Shown here piece after piece: positions 61,421 through 64,000 of a stretch of DNA of 64,000 nucleotides. This DNA is from an uncultured delta proteobacterium (GTDB lineage Bacteria > Desulfobacterota > RBG-13-43-22), in contig CAWBOS010000012.1 in NCBI GenBank assembly GCA_963790475.1, positions 1,440,001 through 1,504,000 of the forward strand. The letters are read 5' to 3'. Within the stretch, counting starts at the first letter, position 1; each line of letters begins with the position of its first letter. Both the position numbers and the translations under genes were made by a program. The notes below the pieces were generated by a model that had not been told where the DNA came from, did not search any database, and saw only the letters and a list, made by a program, of their open reading frames with translations.

Positions 61421-61818
61421 TCTCCAGGATAAGTTCAGGGGGAACCTGTTTACTGCTTGGGCGGCATCCGGCATAAAGGTGGCGCGAACCTGATTTAGGC
61501 TCTGGTGTGGAACGTGGGAACCTGTCGTCCCGATGATAAGGGAGAAATTCAAGTGGAGGACCCTACAGGAATGAGAGTACCGATGCGGGGCACAGGGATG
61601 GACCAACTCGTAGTAGTGTTGAAATCTCTGTAATGGGGATGGAGGGAAGGGGTTGGATCATCTGTCCTTGCCTTTTGGTCAACCAACGATGGGAGGAACC
61701 AAGAGGTAAGGAAAGGTCGCCATAAAAGGCAACTGGATGATAGGAGCCGGATGACGGGGAGACTGTCACGTCCGGTTCTGTGAGGGCCTGGGGGTGAAAT
61801 TCCCCCGGGCTACTCGAC
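61421..61818 (+). ncRNA. Group II intron remnant, ORF-less and apparently 5'-truncated
   Basis: DV GAGCCGGATGACGGGGAGACTGTCACGTCCGGTTC (61744-61778), DVI ending CTACTCGAC, upstream GGAACGTGGGAACCTG / CGTAGTAGTG..GAAATCTCTGTAATG motifs; no RT ORF. Confidence 0.88.
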
Positions 61819-61861
61819 TCAATAAAATAGATTTCCCGAAATTTATGTGATATTTTCCGAA

Positions 61862-61889
61862 TTGACAAAGATTATAAAAGGGTTATACT
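61862..61889 (+). promoter_or_regulatory. Putative sigma-70 promoter of the S53 protease
   Basis: TTGACA-N16-TATACT. Confidence 0.55.
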
Positions 61890-61947
61890 TGACTAAAAAA
61901 GTTTGCTTTTAGTCTGCCGTTCTGGTTTCTGGGCTTCATCTGCCTGA

Positions 61948-64000
61948 ATGAGATCAAACATGAAGATCGTATCCCTTCGCCTTTTCAACCAAATAGGTTT
62001 GTTTTTGCTTGCTCTTATCCTCGGCATGGGTTTGGTGGCGACACCATGTTTATCTGGTCCAATTCCCTCCATGGTCAGGCTGCCCGGCCATATCCCGGGA
62101 AAAGCTATAGCGAACGCCAAATGGATAGAGCGGCTGAATCCAAAAACCGAAATTCCTATTACTTTTTCTTTACCGCTGCGCAACCAGCAAGAGTTGGACG
62201 ACCTGCTTATCCATATCTACGGTCCAACTGATCCGCTTTATTCGCACTATTTAACCTCCCAGGAGTTTACCGACAGATTTGGACCTACACAAGGCGATTA
62301 TGATGCTGTCGCTGCCTATGCGACAAGCCTGGGACTTAAGATAACCGGAACTCATCAAAACCGCACCCTTTTGAACGTATCGGGCACAGCGGCAGTAATT
62401 GAATCTGCCTTTGGTTTGCATCTTCATAATTATCAGGCGCCGGATAACCGAAAATTTTATGCTCCTGACAATGACCCTCAAGTTTCCAATTCGATTGCTT
62501 CCCTTATTGTAGGGGTGATTGGTCTGGACAATGCAGCCGTCTGGCACGCCCATAGCCGTTTTGTTTCTGCGGAGGGATTTTCGCAAATATCGCCGTATCA
62601 AATAGGAACAGGTCCCGGTGGCGGTTTGACTCCCAGCGACATCCAAAAAGCTTACAACCTAACTGGCGTATTGGCCAATGGGTCCGGCCAAACACTTGGT
62701 TTATTCGAACTCGACGGGTATAACACCTCTGATGTGAACCAGTACGTGAGCTATTATAAGTTGCCATCGATACCGCTCCAAACCGTCTTGGTTGATGGGT
62801 TTTCCGGTAACGCCGGGAGCGGGGCGTCCGAAGTGACGCTTGATATTGAGCTACAGATCGCGCTGGCGTCGGGTGTGAACAAGATCATCGTTTACGAAAG
62901 CGCGAACTCGAATACGGGGGTAGTTGACACTTATAACAGAATCGCCACGGATAATCTGGCCAAACAGATCAGCACGTCCTGGGGACTTAGCGAAGGGCAA
63001 AGCAGCTTGACGGTTATTAACAGCGAGAATGCCATCTTCCAGCAGATGGCGGCGCAAGGGCAGTCGATCTATGCGGCATCGGGTGACAGCGGCGCCTATG
63101 ACGATGGTTCCACTCTCAGCGTCGATGATCCTGCCTCTCAGCCTTATATGGTTGGAGTGGGAGGAACCCAGCTTTTTGTCAACTCTGATGGTTCATACAA
63201 TCGTGAAACAACCTGGAACGTCAACAACACGGTAAACGGAGGGGTCGGTGGCGGCGGTGTCAGTTTGTTATGGAGCGTTCCCACCTGGCAGCAGGGAGTT
63301 GTATCCGCAGCGTCAGCCACCATGCGGAACGTACCGGACATTTCACTCAACGCCGACCAATATACCGGCTATTCGATTTATTATAACGGCGGCTGGTGGA
63401 TTTTTGGCGGCACGAGCTGTGCTTCTCCCGTCTGGGCGGCTTTCACCGCGAGCGTCAATCAGGTGCGCGCTGCCAATGGGTTGCCGACGTTGGGATTTGC
63501 CAATCCTTTAATTTACCAGATTGCGAAGGGCGCAAACTATGTGATGGATTTTCATGACATCGCAGACGGAAGCACGAACCTGTATTATCCGGCCGGAACG
63601 GGTTATGACAATGCAACCGGCTGGGGTTCTTTCAACGGGGCTAATCTGCTGGCCGACTTGGTAGGCCGCTCTCCCTCTCCGCCCAGTGCAACAACAAACT
63701 GGACCACATACTTGACCAGCAACTCCGCCCAATTGAACGGTGCGGTGAATCCCAATGGATTATCGGCCACCTTTTATTTTCAGTGGGGGACCACAACTGC
63801 TTATGGGAATGTGACGAGCACCCAATCAGCTGGCAGCGGCACGGGGGTCATTGCCGTATCGGCGAACCTAGCCGGCCTTACTGCCGGGGTTGTCTATCAT
63901 TGTCGCCTGGTGGTGACCAATAGTGCGGGAACCAATTACGGATTGGACGTAACTTTTATCCCCAGGGTGGCCGTAATAGTAAAGGGAGATTTTAACAGCG
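61948..64000 (+). CDS. Secreted S53 (sedolisin/kumamolisin) protease with prodomain; partial, runs off the window and is absent from the ORF track
   Basis: Hand translation: signal peptide, LPLRNQQELD..YLTSQEFTDRFGP prodomain, EVTLDIE, ISTSWG, AASGDSGA, RNVPD, GGTSCASP, GYDNATGWGS, then an FN3-like segment. Confidence 0.92.
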   Translation, partial: MRSNMKIVSLRLFNQIGLFLLALILGMGLVATPCLSGPIPSMVRLPGHIPGKAIANAKWIERLNPKTEIPITFSLPLRNQQELDDLLIHIYGPTDPLYSHYLTSQEFTDRFGPTQGDYDAVAAYATSLGLKITGTHQNRTLLNVSGTAAVIESAFGLHLHNYQAPDNRKFYAPDNDPQVSNSIASLIVGVIGLDNAAVWHAHSRFVSAEGFSQISPYQIGTGPGGGLTPSDIQKAYNLTGVLANGSGQTLGLFELDGYNTSDVNQYVSYYKLPSIPLQTVLVDGFSGNAGSGASEVTLDIELQIALASGVNKIIVYESANSNTGVVDTYNRIATDNLAKQISTSWGLSEGQSSLTVINSENAIFQQMAAQGQSIYAASGDSGAYDDGSTLSVDDPASQPYMVGVGGTQLFVNSDGSYNRETTWNVNNTVNGGVGGGGVSLLWSVPTWQQGVVSAASATMRNVPDISLNADQYTGYSIYYNGGWWIFGGTSCASPVWAAFTASVNQVRAANGLPTLGFANPLIYQIAKGANYVMDFHDIADGSTNLYYPAGTGYDNATGWGSFNGANLLADLVGRSPSPPSATTNWTTYLTSNSAQLNGAVNPNGLSATFYFQWGTTTAYGNVTSTQSAGSGTGVIAVSANLAGLTAGVVYHCRLVVTNSAGTNYGLDVTFIPRVAVIVKGDFNS

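Noticed and set aside
60770-61818. Diversity-generating retroelement (SBP fragment as template next to a retroelement)
   Set aside because: Divergence from the SBP gene is general rather than adenine-specific, and no RT gene is present.
1-64000. CRISPR array, tRNA or rRNA genes
   Set aside because: No regularly spaced repeat-spacer units, cloverleaf or rRNA motifs recognised; the 49-bp and 24-bp repeats have no spacers.

Overview
Bacterial chromosomal window of moderate GC. The gene content (MSHA-like pilus genes, LptD, HgdC-type activase, GTCATTCC-type palindromic repeats) suggests a Gram-negative anaerobe such as a Desulfobacterota member; this is inference only. Bases 0.2-13 kb hold a PAS-GGDEF/HTH pair divergent from an MSHA-like type IV pilus cluster with many single-base frameshifts, probably long-read errors. 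Bases 13-41 kb hold housekeeping and accessory genes (yidD-like, lptD, rnd, sirtuin, 2-hydroxyacyl-CoA dehydratase activase, ABC solute-binding protein, ltaE, DUF3300/DUF2950), an IS1634 and a ~313-bp MITE-like element. Bases 41-50.5 kb are a mobile-element patch: IS1380, two IS110/IS1111-group elements, attC-like sites and integrase debris. Bases 50.5-64 kb hold lipid and redox genes, gene fragments, an ORF-less group II intron remnant and an S53 protease running off the window end. Most notable: both IS1111-group elements sit inside the same family of REP-like palindromes, and their 3' non-coding regions contain short segments matching their own insertion site (and, for one, its circle junction), as expected for bridge/seek RNAs. 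Several genes are also hollowed out by internal deletions. No rRNA, tRNA or CRISPR array was recognised. All calls come from reading motifs by eye; no database search was run.
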